64,000 bases of DNA. Source: Desulfobacterales bacterium. Its GTDB lineage: Bacteria > Desulfobacterota > Desulfobacteria > Desulfobacterales > JAHDSC01. The notes below the pieces were generated by a model. That model was not told the origin of the DNA, did not search any database, and worked only from the letters and a program-made list of their open reading frames with translations. The stretch spans positions 105,023 through 169,022 of the forward strand of contig JAXGJZ010000004.1 of assembly GCA_040769985.1 (NCBI GenBank), in the 5' to 3' direction. A program made the position numbers and the translations under genes. Position 1 is the stretch's first letter; each line of letters begins with the position of its first letter. This document shows, in pieces, positions 49,681 through 60,968 of this stretch.

Positions 49681-49832
49681 AGATCCATATGACGTCTTTG
49701 AAAAATTTTTGGAGACAAATCCGAAACCTCTTCATCTGAAAAAAACAAAATTATTATTTGTTAAAACCCGGTTGTCACTTTAAAAAATTTGAATGATAAA
49801 ATGGAAAGTATAAAACAAGGAGGCCTAAAATA

Positions 49833-51763
<1,931 letters not shown>

Positions 51764-51964
51764 TAGCCGACTGCAAATTTTGGACGCCGAGCATAACTAA
51801 AAAAACTCTTTGGGTATGCAAGGCGTCCATCAATTTCAATAAGGTTTACCCTCCTAACTTTTCTGTTCAATCAGACTCATTACTGTTACTCCTCAAAAGT
51901 CGGGGATATCCTCGGTTCAACCGGTTTGAAAAACCCCTGCCGATATCCCTCAGCCCCTATTTCT

Positions 51965-51993
51965 TTGACATTCAAACCATTTTATACTACTAT
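51965..51993 (+). promoter_or_regulatory. sigma-70-like promoter TTGACA-17-TACTAT
   Basis: It lies about 170 nt upstream of the ABM-domain gene. Confidence 0.35.
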
Positions 51994-52161
51994 TTCAAAT
52001 AACAAAGACTTATCTTAAAAATTTCCTGTCTCTTGATCCGGCACATAAAATAAATCCCAAACATCTTTGATTAAAATTTTTTCTTATTTTTGTTTTCAGG
52101 CCTTCGATCCTATCGGACAAACAAACCATTGCGCCAAATACTAATACGAAACGGAGGCGAA

Positions 52162-52449
52162 ATGACTGTAAGGGTTCTCATTAAAAGAAAGTTTCCGGAA
52201 GGCAAGACAAAAGACCTGCATATTCTCATTAATCAACTGAGAGTTCTTTCAACAGCCCAACCCGGCTATATTTCAGGCGAAACATTAACAAGAATCGATA
52301 AGCCCGGGGAAAGCATGGTCATCAGTAAGTGGAAATCCGTATCCACCTGGGACAAATGGCTTCACAGCAAGGAAAGGGCACAAATTCAGGAGAAAATCGA
52401 TCGATTACTTGATGAAAAAACCGAATACGAAATCTATGATTATGATTAA
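52162..52449 (+). CDS. antibiotic-biosynthesis-monooxygenase (ABM) domain protein
   Basis: It is 95 aa with an alternating beta pattern typical of the ferredoxin-like ABM fold. The start is ATG 52162 with GGAGG upstream. Confidence 0.7.
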   Translation: MTVRVLIKRKFPEGKTKDLHILINQLRVLSTAQPGYISGETLTRIDKPGESMVISKWKSVSTWDKWLHSKERAQIQEKIDRLLDEKTEYEIYDYD

Positions 52450-53065
52450 ATTCGTAAGTTCCATGCCTTGCTGAAACGGAAAAGACTTGAGTATAATGCG
52501 CTCTTTCGCTCAATCTGAGGTTCAGGTTCAAATTTTAATTCTTCAAAGAATCAATGTATTCCTGTGGTAAAAATGATCGCCGTCCTTGAACTTGTTAATA
52601 AGAGCTTCTACAAAGGTTTCGGGGCGATTTTATCATTAGGGGCACGGATTATTTGAAAATCACTCGCCAAACCGGCAATAAAGATATGTTTGTTGATTAC
52701 AATCCCCCAAGCGTTTGATCCGGTAAGACAATATGGTGTACTTCGGTATACCGCATCCGATTTGGCCGGATCTCCGCTGCTCCGGACAGAACTATCATTT
52801 CATCCGGATTCATATACATTCTGTTTGAACGCAAAATACAGAATTAACCGTATTTACGAACCGAATCGCTTCCATTATGTTACATTATTCGATCTATCCA
52901 ATCCGATGGAAAGTATATCCATGAGGATTCGAAAGGGGAGTGATATCCTGAAATCCTGAATAACAACAGAGAGATAACCTGTTCTTGTTGATTTATGATG
53001 TGGCTTGATCATCAAATCTTCTGAAAATTCCAGTTAACACGTAAAAACATTCGGGAGGAAATGCC

Positions 53066-53449
53066 ATGATTTTGAAGGAATATTTTGAGAAGGCGAAAGG
53101 AACCGGGGTACTGTCAACGGCGGATACGTCCGGCAACGTGGATGCCGCTTTTTACAGCAAACCATATTTCGAGGATGAGGAGACGGTTTCATTTATCATG
53201 CTGGATCGGTTGACCCATACCAATCTGCAATCCAATCCCAAGGCGGTCTATCTTTTCAAAAAAGAGGGAGAAGAATTTATCGGAAAGAGACTTTTTTTAA
53301 TCAAAATTAAAGAAGAGGAAGATGAGGATAAAATCAATGAGCTGATGAAAACGTATTACCCGGCTTGGCATGATAGATATAAGGATGAAAAAAAGTTTCA
53401 GGTATTTTTTAAAATCACCAAGGTCTTACCGCTGATTTCCGAAAAGTAA
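53066..53449 (+). CDS. pyridoxamine-5'-phosphate-oxidase-like FMN-binding protein
   Basis: It is 127 aa. GVLSTADTSGNVDAAF is typical of split-barrel flavin binders. GGGAGG lies upstream. Confidence 0.7.
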   Translation: MILKEYFEKAKGTGVLSTADTSGNVDAAFYSKPYFEDEETVSFIMLDRLTHTNLQSNPKAVYLFKKEGEEFIGKRLFLIKIKEEEDEDKINELMKTYYPAWHDRYKDEKKFQVFFKITKVLPLISEK

Positions 53450-53569
53450 TAAAATTCGCGAACGTAATGTTCGGAATCCCGCAGGCATCTGAATTGTCTG
53501 CGACATCAGCCGATCGTAAGGGGCTTTCAAAGGCTTATTTAAAAAAACGACACTCTTTAAAGCCGGTTG

Positions 53570-53604
53570 CGACGGTAAGCAACTGAAATGCCCGTCGATT
53601 TTTC
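53570..53604 (+). terminator. terminator-like hairpin
   Basis: The arms cgacgg / ccgtcg with a 16-nt loop are followed by ATTTTTC. Confidence 0.35.
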
Positions 53605-53711
53605 ACCTGCCCCATTCGAATCGGTGTGATGACAGGCGGGGGTGGGAATTTAAGAAATTGCCGGCACTCGGACGCGGACGGCGAATCGATTAAAAGCAAA
53701 TACTCCGATAA

Positions 53712-53795
53712 TCAAATCCTTGAATAGGATATCAAAGGAATAAACATGATCAGCAGGAGTGCAATGATGGCAATTATATTGATCAGCTTATCCAT
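53712..53795 (-). CDS. possible 27-aa hydrophobic peptide
   Basis: The peptide reads MDKLINIIAIIALLLIMFIPLISYSRI, with GGAG 10 nt upstream of the ATG. It overlaps the plus-strand ORF 53746-53853 in antisense. Confidence 0.25.
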   Translation of the reverse strand: MDKLINIIAIIALLLIMFIPLISYSRI

Positions 53796-53853
53796 CAATC
53801 TTTTTCTCCAAATCCAGGCCGAGTCGGTTCATCCGGTTTTTATAAACGGCTAA
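53746..53853 (+). CDS. possible 35-aa signal-peptide-like small protein
   Basis: The peptide reads MISRSAMMAIILISLSINLFLQIQAESVHPVFING, with AAGGAA 6 nt upstream. Confidence 0.25.
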   Translation: MISRSAMMAIILISLSINLFLQIQAESVHPVFING

Positions 53854-54160
53854 TCTTGATGATTTTTTAAAAGGTCCGATAGTAAACGGTCAAGAAAAAA
53901 ACAAGATACGCATACCCCTAAAAAACGATATGCAGTTATTAAAATATGCAATAATTCATCCTGTTAAAGATGGGCAGTTCCTTTATCATAATGTTTATAA
54001 AAAAACCATGACGAATATTTGTCGGTATTCATTTTTCAATCCCGGACGCACGCCGATTAACCGGGCAGGGATGCGTCGGATAATGGAAAACCGGACCCTT
54101 TACCAAACCATCAATTTTTCATATCGGCAAAACAAAAAGCCTGCTTAAGGTAATTGAGTT

Positions 54161-54595
54161 TCATTCCGGTATGCAATGTTTGATTTTATCATTGATCAAA
54201 GTGCTTGCCCATTCAATAATTATTAAAAGCCTTTCGGGTGCGATTCTTTTGATTTCATCATAAGACAACCATCGGTATTCATGATGTTCCGGTTTCCCAA
54301 GATCCGGATTGATTGAAAACACTACTTTGGATTCCGTAGTATTAGCAATGTAGTATCTTGCGACTTTTCTACCTCGATCATATGGCAATGTTTCTTTGAA
54401 TTCGTTCCCCCACTGGAAAATGAGCCCGGAAATACCGGTTTCTTCTCTCACTTCTCTTTTGGCCGCTTCGAGGGGGGTTTCATCAGCTTCGACGACCCCT
54501 TTTGGAAAGTCCCAGTTTCTGTAAGACCTGAGAAAGAGGTATTTCCATTGATATTTGTCTTTCCTAACGACGACAATTCCCGCAGACCGTATCAA
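54161..54595 (-). CDS. NUDIX hydrolase
   Basis: It has a Nudix box, GVVEADETPLEAAKREVREETGI. Confidence 0.85.
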   Translation of the reverse strand: MIRSAGIVVVRKDKYQWKYLFLRSYRNWDFPKGVVEADETPLEAAKREVREETGISGLIFQWGNEFKETLPYDRGRKVARYYIANTTESKVVFSINPDLGKPEHHEYRWLSYDEIKRIAPERLLIIIEWASTLINDKIKHCIPE

Positions 54596-54724
54596 CGATA
54601 TGCTCCAGTAAAAGGTTCCGTGGTGAAAACTCTTGAAAATTCGCGATTTCGTTCAACTTCAAGCAACACGATCATGGTTCGATAGGGAAATCCATCGATT
54701 ATTGCATGGATCCAAATTCTGTAT

Positions 54725-55402
54725 CTAAGCCAAAATTGCCGACAGCAAGACAGCCAGTATACCGTTCAAAAATATGCCGTCAAAGGTTCCGGCTCCCCCG
54801 ATGGAGGCTACAGGGGCTCCCAGATGGGCAATTTTTTTTAGATTCAGTATATCCGCACCGATCAATGTTCCCAAGGTTCCGGAGATATAGGCAACCACCG
54901 GTGCATTGTTGTATGCGGTAACCATCGATATGAGAGCGGCCAAAACGGGGGGTACAAATGCCGGAAGGGCGATACCGAGGCCTTTTACGGGCTTAGCCAA
55001 TCGAAAGGTCACAAAAGACATCAAGGCGGTTGCGATAGCAGCCCTTCCCCAAATGCCGCTTTTTATCAGAAGATAAACCGACAGAAGAACCGGAACCACC
55101 GCTCCGCCGAGGTTAACCGCCAAAATGGTTTCTTTTTTCTTACAAACGGGAATCCAATACCTGAAACCGAAAACGCGAACCATTGTCTCCTGAACGATGA
55201 TCTCCTGAGGAATTTTTTTCACGGGAATATTGATGAAGCTTCCAAACAAGGTGACAAGCAGTGCTGTGAAAATATAATGATTCGGAATACCGATCTGGCT
55301 GAAGGCCAATGCAATCAGGTTGATCTTTACCAAGGCGAAGAAAAACAAAACCAGGAAGAAAAAAATGACAACAAATACAAATGCAAACGAATTAAAAAAC
55401 AT
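54725..55402 (-). CDS. DUF1614-family integral membrane protein
   Basis: It is polytopic and has the NLGGAVVP and IGGAGTFDGIF motifs that I recall from DUF1614. Confidence 0.65.
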   Translation of the reverse strand: MFFNSFAFVFVVIFFFLVLFFFALVKINLIALAFSQIGIPNHYIFTALLVTLFGSFINIPVKKIPQEIIVQETMVRVFGFRYWIPVCKKKETILAVNLGGAVVPVLLSVYLLIKSGIWGRAAIATALMSFVTFRLAKPVKGLGIALPAFVPPVLAALISMVTAYNNAPVVAYISGTLGTLIGADILNLKKIAHLGAPVASIGGAGTFDGIFLNGILAVLLSAILA

Positions 55403-55526
55403 GATTCGCCTTCTTTACGATTGACGACTGAGAATCTTTTATGAAGCGTCCGGTGGTTCCGTGGGGAAAGGATACGGGCACAAAAACGGCTTCGGAACAA
55501 CACGATTCAGCGTCTACCGGGATCGA

Positions 55527-56279
55527 TTAAGACCGTATTTTAATGCCCTTGAGGTTTTTCCATGTTTTTTCTGAATACCAGATATCCACGAATTCGAGGA
55601 TGGAATCCAGCTCTCTTTTTTTCATTTCTTCGGCGATCGGCCTCCGTAAAAGTTCTTTGATACTTCGAAAAGCAGACTCCTCTTTCTCGGATAAGTTTTT
55701 GGCGATTTTCCCGGCCTCCGTTGCCAGATTTTCCTCTGAAGTCACCTGATCGATCAGCCCCACTTCAAATGCTTCGGCAGCAGAATACATCGCCCCTTGA
55801 TATAGAATTGAAGCTGCGTTTTTTGATCCCACACAAAATTTAAGCATTTCAATACTACCGGCCGGCACAGAAGAGCCGAATGTAATTTCATTTAACGAAA
55901 TTTTCGCCTTTCCCGAAACCATGATCCGGTAGTCGCAGGTGCTGGCCAGCATACAACCTCCGGCCATGGTGTGACCGTTTAAGGCCGCTACAACCGGTTT
56001 CGGGTAAAGAAACAGATAGGAGTATAGATCCGTAAATTTTACCAAAAATTTGATAAAAGCATCTTTCGAGTATGTTAAGAATTCCGGAATATCAAACCCA
56101 AAGGAAAAGAAATTTCCGCTACCGGTCAGAATAATCGCATGCACCCTTGGATCGTTTTCCAAATCCGCAAAGCAGTCATTAATTTGTGTGATCATCGGTT
56201 CATTCAAAGCATTGACTTTACCTCTGGTCAAGGCAACTTTGGCTATTCCGTCTTCTCTGGAGACCTGAACAAATTCCAT
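55527..56279 (-). CDS. enoyl-CoA hydratase/isomerase family protein
   Basis: It shows the crotonase fold, with NALN and AALNGHTMAGGCMLA (the oxyanion-hole region). Confidence 0.9.
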   Translation of the reverse strand: MEFVQVSREDGIAKVALTRGKVNALNEPMITQINDCFADLENDPRVHAIILTGSGNFFSFGFDIPEFLTYSKDAFIKFLVKFTDLYSYLFLYPKPVVAALNGHTMAGGCMLASTCDYRIMVSGKAKISLNEITFGSSVPAGSIEMLKFCVGSKNAASILYQGAMYSAAEAFEVGLIDQVTSEENLATEAGKIAKNLSEKEESAFRSIKELLRRPIAEEMKKRELDSILEFVDIWYSEKTWKNLKGIKIRS

Positions 56280-56665
56280 GCCATCCTCCTTTTCTCATTG
56301 AGAAAAAATGCGCTTTCGCCGGGTTTTTTATGCATGATGCCATAATCGCATGGGGATGTCAAAAATTTATGGCGAAAGTTGAAACGCCTTGAAGGCGATT
56401 TCCCTATTTTCTTTCGGGCGAATATTTTGAGGGCATGATGAAAGGTTCGTCGTTTCTCTCAATTCCTTTATCGTTTACAAAAGAATGCACTTTATGTTAA
56501 TTTTTTTTTGCTTCCTCATTCGCTTACTTCCTTTTTTTCAGCAAACATTTAAATATAGGATCCTCCCAGACTGGGCTGGGGAGACAAACGCGCTCGATTT
56601 TTCAATTCAACTTTTTGGGACCATTCGCAACTTTCGTTCTTCTTTTATGAGGTGATAATCATTCA

Positions 56666-58117
56666 ATGGTTAAGAAGCAAGAGTTCACAAAAATTTTGGT
56701 GGCCAACCGGGGAGAGATCGCCGTTCGGATTATGAGATCCGCAAAGGACTTGGGCATCAAGGTTGTGGCTGTCTACGAGGAAACCGACAAAGACACTTGC
56801 CATGTCATGAGGGCTGATGAGGCCGTCTGTATCGGAACCGGTCCAAGAAAGGACTATTTAAATATCCAGGGAATCATTACCGCCGCCCGGAAATCCGGCG
56901 CCCAAGCCATTCATCCAGGATATGGATTTCTCGCGGAGAATCCCGATTTTCCGAAGGCCTGCACAAGTGCCGGAATTTCGTTCATCGGGCCTCCACCCGA
57001 AGTAATTCGAGACCTCGGAAGCAAGGTCATTGCACGCAGACTTGCACAAGAAGCGGATATACCGGTTATCCCTGCCACGGAGGCACTTCCTTCCGGGGAA
57101 AAAGGCGAACAGGAAGCGCTGGTTTTTGCATCAACCCATGGCTATCCGATAATGGTTAAGGCTGTAGCCGGAGGCGGAGGCCGCGGCATTCGAAAATACC
57201 GGGACGAAGGCAGTCTGATCAGGGGCCTTAATCAATCGCGCTCCGAAGCGCTGATGGCCTTTGGAAACGATGCCGTCTACCTGGAAAAATGCCTGGAGTA
57301 CGTGAAGCATGTCGAGGTCCAGATTCTGGCGGATCATTATGGTCATGTCGTTCATTTGGGAACCCGTAACTGCTCCATTCAGCGTCGTCATCAAAAACTC
57401 ATCGAAATTGCACCGGCCGGTTTGGACGCTACATTGACGGAAAAAATTTTAGCCGCCGCGGTGAATATTGCCAAGGCGGCTAATTACCTGAGTGCAGGCA
57501 CCGTGGAAATGCTTGTTGAACCTGACGGCAATTTTTATTTTCTTGAGATGAACACGAGAATCCAGGTAGAGCATACCGTAACCGAAATGATCACCGGCAT
57601 TGATATCGTTCGTGAGCAACTGCTGATTGCGCAGGGAGAACCCATCAGTTTTTCTCAGGATCAGGTCATTGAGCGGGGATGTGCCATTGAGCTGCGAATC
57701 AATGCCGAAGACCCCAGAAATAATTTTCTGGCCGATCCCGGGCTGGTTCGCGTCTACCTGCCTTCCGGGGGTCCCGGGGTCCGTCTGGATGAAGCCGTAT
57801 ATCAGGGCTTTGAAATTCCTCGTTACTATGACTCGATGATGGTAAAATTGACCGTTTTCGGTTTCACCTGGAAAGAAGCGGTTCAGCGACTGTCAAGGGT
57901 TCTCGAAGGTTTTTTGATTATCGGGGTAAAGACGACCATACCTTATTTTCAGAAAATCGTTCAAGAGCCCGATTTCATCGAAAAGAAGTTTGACACAACG
58001 TATGTCGATACGCATCCCGGGCTTTTGAAATACCAAGAAGAAGAAAAAGAAGAATACAAGATTGCCCTTCTCATCGCCGAGATCCATGCAAACGGATACA
58101 ATCCATACGCCCGATGA
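56666..58117 (+). CDS. biotin carboxylase subunit (PycA/AccC-like)
   Basis: It begins KILVANRGEIAVRI, has an ATP-grasp fold with GGGGRGI, and carries EMNTRIQVEHTVTE. Confidence 0.9.
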   Translation: MVKKQEFTKILVANRGEIAVRIMRSAKDLGIKVVAVYEETDKDTCHVMRADEAVCIGTGPRKDYLNIQGIITAARKSGAQAIHPGYGFLAENPDFPKACTSAGISFIGPPPEVIRDLGSKVIARRLAQEADIPVIPATEALPSGEKGEQEALVFASTHGYPIMVKAVAGGGGRGIRKYRDEGSLIRGLNQSRSEALMAFGNDAVYLEKCLEYVKHVEVQILADHYGHVVHLGTRNCSIQRRHQKLIEIAPAGLDATLTEKILAAAVNIAKAANYLSAGTVEMLVEPDGNFYFLEMNTRIQVEHTVTEMITGIDIVREQLLIAQGEPISFSQDQVIERGCAIELRINAEDPRNNFLADPGLVRVYLPSGGPGVRLDEAVYQGFEIPRYYDSMMVKLTVFGFTWKEAVQRLSRVLEGFLIIGVKTTIPYFQKIVQEPDFIEKKFDTTYVDTHPGLLKYQEEEKEEYKIALLIAEIHANGYNPYAR

Positions 58118-58136
58118 AGCGGGAGAAAGACGGATT

Positions 58137-59780
58137 ATGCCACAGAGAATTACATCCGATATGAGTGCTAAGAAAATTCTTGAAGTCCTTCGGAATGCCG
58201 GGGGTTATTACCTGTGCAACAATGAAAGGGACGTCTCGCAGTCGGATTTTAAGAACCGATTGATGCCGATGACCACAATACGGGTAGCTCCCTATCGGGA
58301 AGCAGCCGGTTTCTTTTCTTTTGAGGTAAGCGGCGGAGCATCGGTTCACGTCGATCTGATGAAAAAGCAGGTAAATCCATTTGAGAAACTGCGTATCGCG
58401 CGTAAAGCCATGCCGCGAACTCTTTTGCAGACCGCATGTCGGGGATCCAACTTGTTTGGCTATCGGCATTACCGGGAAAACGTTATCCGCCTGACGGTCA
58501 GGGAGTTTGCCAAATATGTAGATGTCTGGCGGGTCTATGATTTTCTTAATTACGTTCCCAATATGATCCCGGTATTCGAGGAAGTTCAGAATGCGAAAAA
58601 AGTTCTGATGCCCAGCATCTGTTTCAGCACCGGCAAGGAGCATACCGATGACTATTACGTAAAAAAAGTCAAAGAAATTTTTGATGTAACCGGAACGGAT
58701 GTCATTATTTCAATTAAAAATCATTCGGGTTTGGGAACTCCAAAAAGAATTGGAGATTTGGTGGAGGCCATCCGCTCTCAATATCCCGACATCATCTTGC
58801 ACTATCACGGCTGTAACACGGACGGCAACGATATCGGCCGAATGACCGCCGCTATCCTGGCGGGTGTCAAAATCTGTGACGTCTCCGATCATGGCTATGG
58901 ATCGGTGTATGGCCAGGCCCCGGCGCTCAGCCTGATACAATCTCTTGAAGACTATGATAAAAAGGCCGTCGGTATGAATATCGAGGCGCTGGTGAAATGT
59001 TCCGATATTTTACGGCGAGAACTCAAAATCTATGAGCCCTTCGAGAGCCCGTTTCGAGGTCATGATCCAATGGTTGCATTCTATAAGCTGACCGGCGGTG
59101 CAGTCGGCAGCACCTTCGAACAGGCGGACAAGGGCGGATTTCTAGAGCAAGTACCTAAAATTTTTAACGAAATGGCCCGTGTGCAGATCGAGCTCGGAAA
59201 CTGGTGGTCCTGTACCCCAGGATCGCAGATTCTCTGGACAACGGCGGTTAGCAACGTTTTATCCGGCCGCTACGAGAAACCGTCGCTGGATCTTAAAAAT
59301 CTTATTCTTGGCCGTTACGGGCCCTTCCCGTTTTACCAGCCGGACGAATGGATTTATGAGAAGGTGTTGGAATATCAGCGGGCGGATGGTAAAAAATGGC
59401 GGCAGATCCTTGCCGAAGAAAAAGGCCTCCCGAAACTCCAATCAATCGATTTGGAACAGCAACGTAACCAGATGGAAAAAGAGCTGAAAAGGTCCGTCTC
59501 TGATGAAGAGCTGGTGCTTTATCTTCAGCACCCTTTTGATGCCGTTTCATTTTTCAAATTCGAGGCCCGATACGGTAAAACATGGGTTTTGCCGCCGGAG
59601 GTCTGGTTTCGCCGGGGAGGATTCAAAACCGGCGAATGCATCAACTTTAAAGACGAAGGCGGTAAACCCCACCGTATCGAATTCGTATCCTGTCACCGGG
59701 AAGGAAAAACAGCCCTCACCTCGCTGCTGATTGATCACACGCTTCATAAACTGAGCGTCGAGAACTTGGCTGATAACTAA
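58137..59780 (+). CDS. carboxyltransferase subunit (PycB / oxaloacetate decarboxylase alpha / transcarboxylase 5S-like) without recognisable biotinyl domain
   Basis: It is a TIM-barrel carboxyltransferase. ERDVSQS, IKNHSG and HYHGCN sit at the positions of RDAHQS, IKDMAG and HxH. The start is ATG 58137 with GGGAGAAAG upstream. Confidence 0.75.
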   Translation: MPQRITSDMSAKKILEVLRNAGGYYLCNNERDVSQSDFKNRLMPMTTIRVAPYREAAGFFSFEVSGGASVHVDLMKKQVNPFEKLRIARKAMPRTLLQTACRGSNLFGYRHYRENVIRLTVREFAKYVDVWRVYDFLNYVPNMIPVFEEVQNAKKVLMPSICFSTGKEHTDDYYVKKVKEIFDVTGTDVIISIKNHSGLGTPKRIGDLVEAIRSQYPDIILHYHGCNTDGNDIGRMTAAILAGVKICDVSDHGYGSVYGQAPALSLIQSLEDYDKKAVGMNIEALVKCSDILRRELKIYEPFESPFRGHDPMVAFYKLTGGAVGSTFEQADKGGFLEQVPKIFNEMARVQIELGNWWSCTPGSQILWTTAVSNVLSGRYEKPSLDLKNLILGRYGPFPFYQPDEWIYEKVLEYQRADGKKWRQILAEEKGLPKLQSIDLEQQRNQMEKELKRSVSDEELVLYLQHPFDAVSFFKFEARYGKTWVLPPEVWFRRGGFKTGECINFKDEGGKPHRIEFVSCHREGKTALTSLLIDHTLHKLSVENLADN

Positions 59781-60331
59781 AGCATCCCTAAAAGAGACTG
59801 GATTTCCGTTTCCTGGTCTTTCTGATTCATCTTGAATTTTACACCGATACCCTGTTCACCGGCCCTTACAATTTCTCCGCTGATCTTGATGTGCCTCTTC
59901 TGATCGGGAAGCGGAAAAGAAAGTGAGACCTCCTGCCCGACAGAGAAGGGGATACGGGTCCTGATAAATACGCCTCCCATCCCGATATCTTTGATAAAAT
60001 CCTTGTAGGCACGATCCTCCGTCGCATAATCGACGGCCATGAAATAAGGCTTTCGGGGATATTTCCTTTTTTCACCGGATTGCTTTTTTTCAAGTTCACT
60101 CAAGAGCGCCTGCTGATCGTTTTCAGTCAAATTCCTGACCAGCTGGATTAAGCGTTCTGTAATGCTCCATTCTTTTGATTGCAGGCTGGAATCATTCATT
60201 TTCGGTTTCCTTTGAAAAATCATATCGGACAAATTTTGAACCAATTCAATGAAACGGACCGTGAGGCGGGCGATTTCGTTCTGGAGATCGGAGGCAGCCA
60301 TATGATTATCCCTTCTAATAACCGGAGGCAA
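59777..60331 (-). CDS. PilZ domain protein
   Basis: It has RKYPRK (RxxxR) and DIGMGG (DxSxxG-like), with a beta-barrel C-terminal half. Confidence 0.8.
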   Translation of the reverse strand: MPPVIRRDNHMAASDLQNEIARLTVRFIELVQNLSDMIFQRKPKMNDSSLQSKEWSITERLIQLVRNLTENDQQALLSELEKKQSGEKRKYPRKPYFMAVDYATEDRAYKDFIKDIGMGGVFIRTRIPFSVGQEVSLSFPLPDQKRHIKISGEIVRAGEQGIGVKFKMNQKDQETEIQSLLGML

Positions 60332-60442
60332 GGCATCATTTCACCCGGAATTTCAATAACATCAAGACGTTCAAATCTCAATCGATTTTTTTCTTTTCAT
60401 CACCGGATCCCTTTTCTTTTAAGTTTTCGTTTTTTGCTAGAG

Positions 60443-60910
60443 CTACGACCTCAGCGTTGCCGTTAAACGCAAAGGATGGGCAAAAAGCTCGAGAGCGGCA
60501 ACAATGTCGGTACTGACGATATCGGCCGCAAGCAACGATTCAACTGCAGCGCCTTCTCCGAGAATAACCGCAATGCCGAGCGCCGCCTCTTTAAGCATCA
60601 GCCGGTCGTTCCGCCCATTTCCGATGCAGGCCGTTTGTTCAGGTCCGAGATGCTTCACATACGAAAGCTTGCCGAGGTCCTGATTGTTTGCAGGAAGAAT
60701 TGAAACGCTGCATGGAAAACCTTCCATTCGAGATCGGGCTTTTCCAAAAGTGTCCGCCGTCAGTACATGAATTTGAATCCGATCGGAAATGGCTTCCATG
60801 CTTTCTTTTACCCCTTCCATTATGTATCCGTCAAAGGCAAGGGTTCCATTGTAATCCAAGACAAGGTGCTTGATCTGGAATCGCCGGTACCCGGGAATAT
60901 CTATTTCCAT
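60443..60910 (-). CDS. HAD-superfamily hydrolase (soluble P-type-ATPase-like, COG4087-type)
   Basis: It has LVLDYNGTLA (the DxxGT motif) and GNGRNDRLML (GDGxND-like). Confidence 0.75.
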   Translation of the reverse strand: MEIDIPGYRRFQIKHLVLDYNGTLAFDGYIMEGVKESMEAISDRIQIHVLTADTFGKARSRMEGFPCSVSILPANNQDLGKLSYVKHLGPEQTACIGNGRNDRLMLKEAALGIAVILGEGAAVESLLAADIVSTDIVAALELFAHPLRLTATLRS

Positions 60911-60968
60911 CCTGATTTGCCCTCCCGTTTTAAGTTTGGCTGACCGATCCGTTCCTTTATTCGATTTG

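Noticed and set aside
49772-49799. A CIRCE-like sequence, TTGTCACTT-N10-GAATGATAA, lies just upstream of groES.
   Set aside because: It matches consensus at only 6/9 and 7/9 positions, the spacer is 10 nt rather than 9, and the two arms are not properly complementary.
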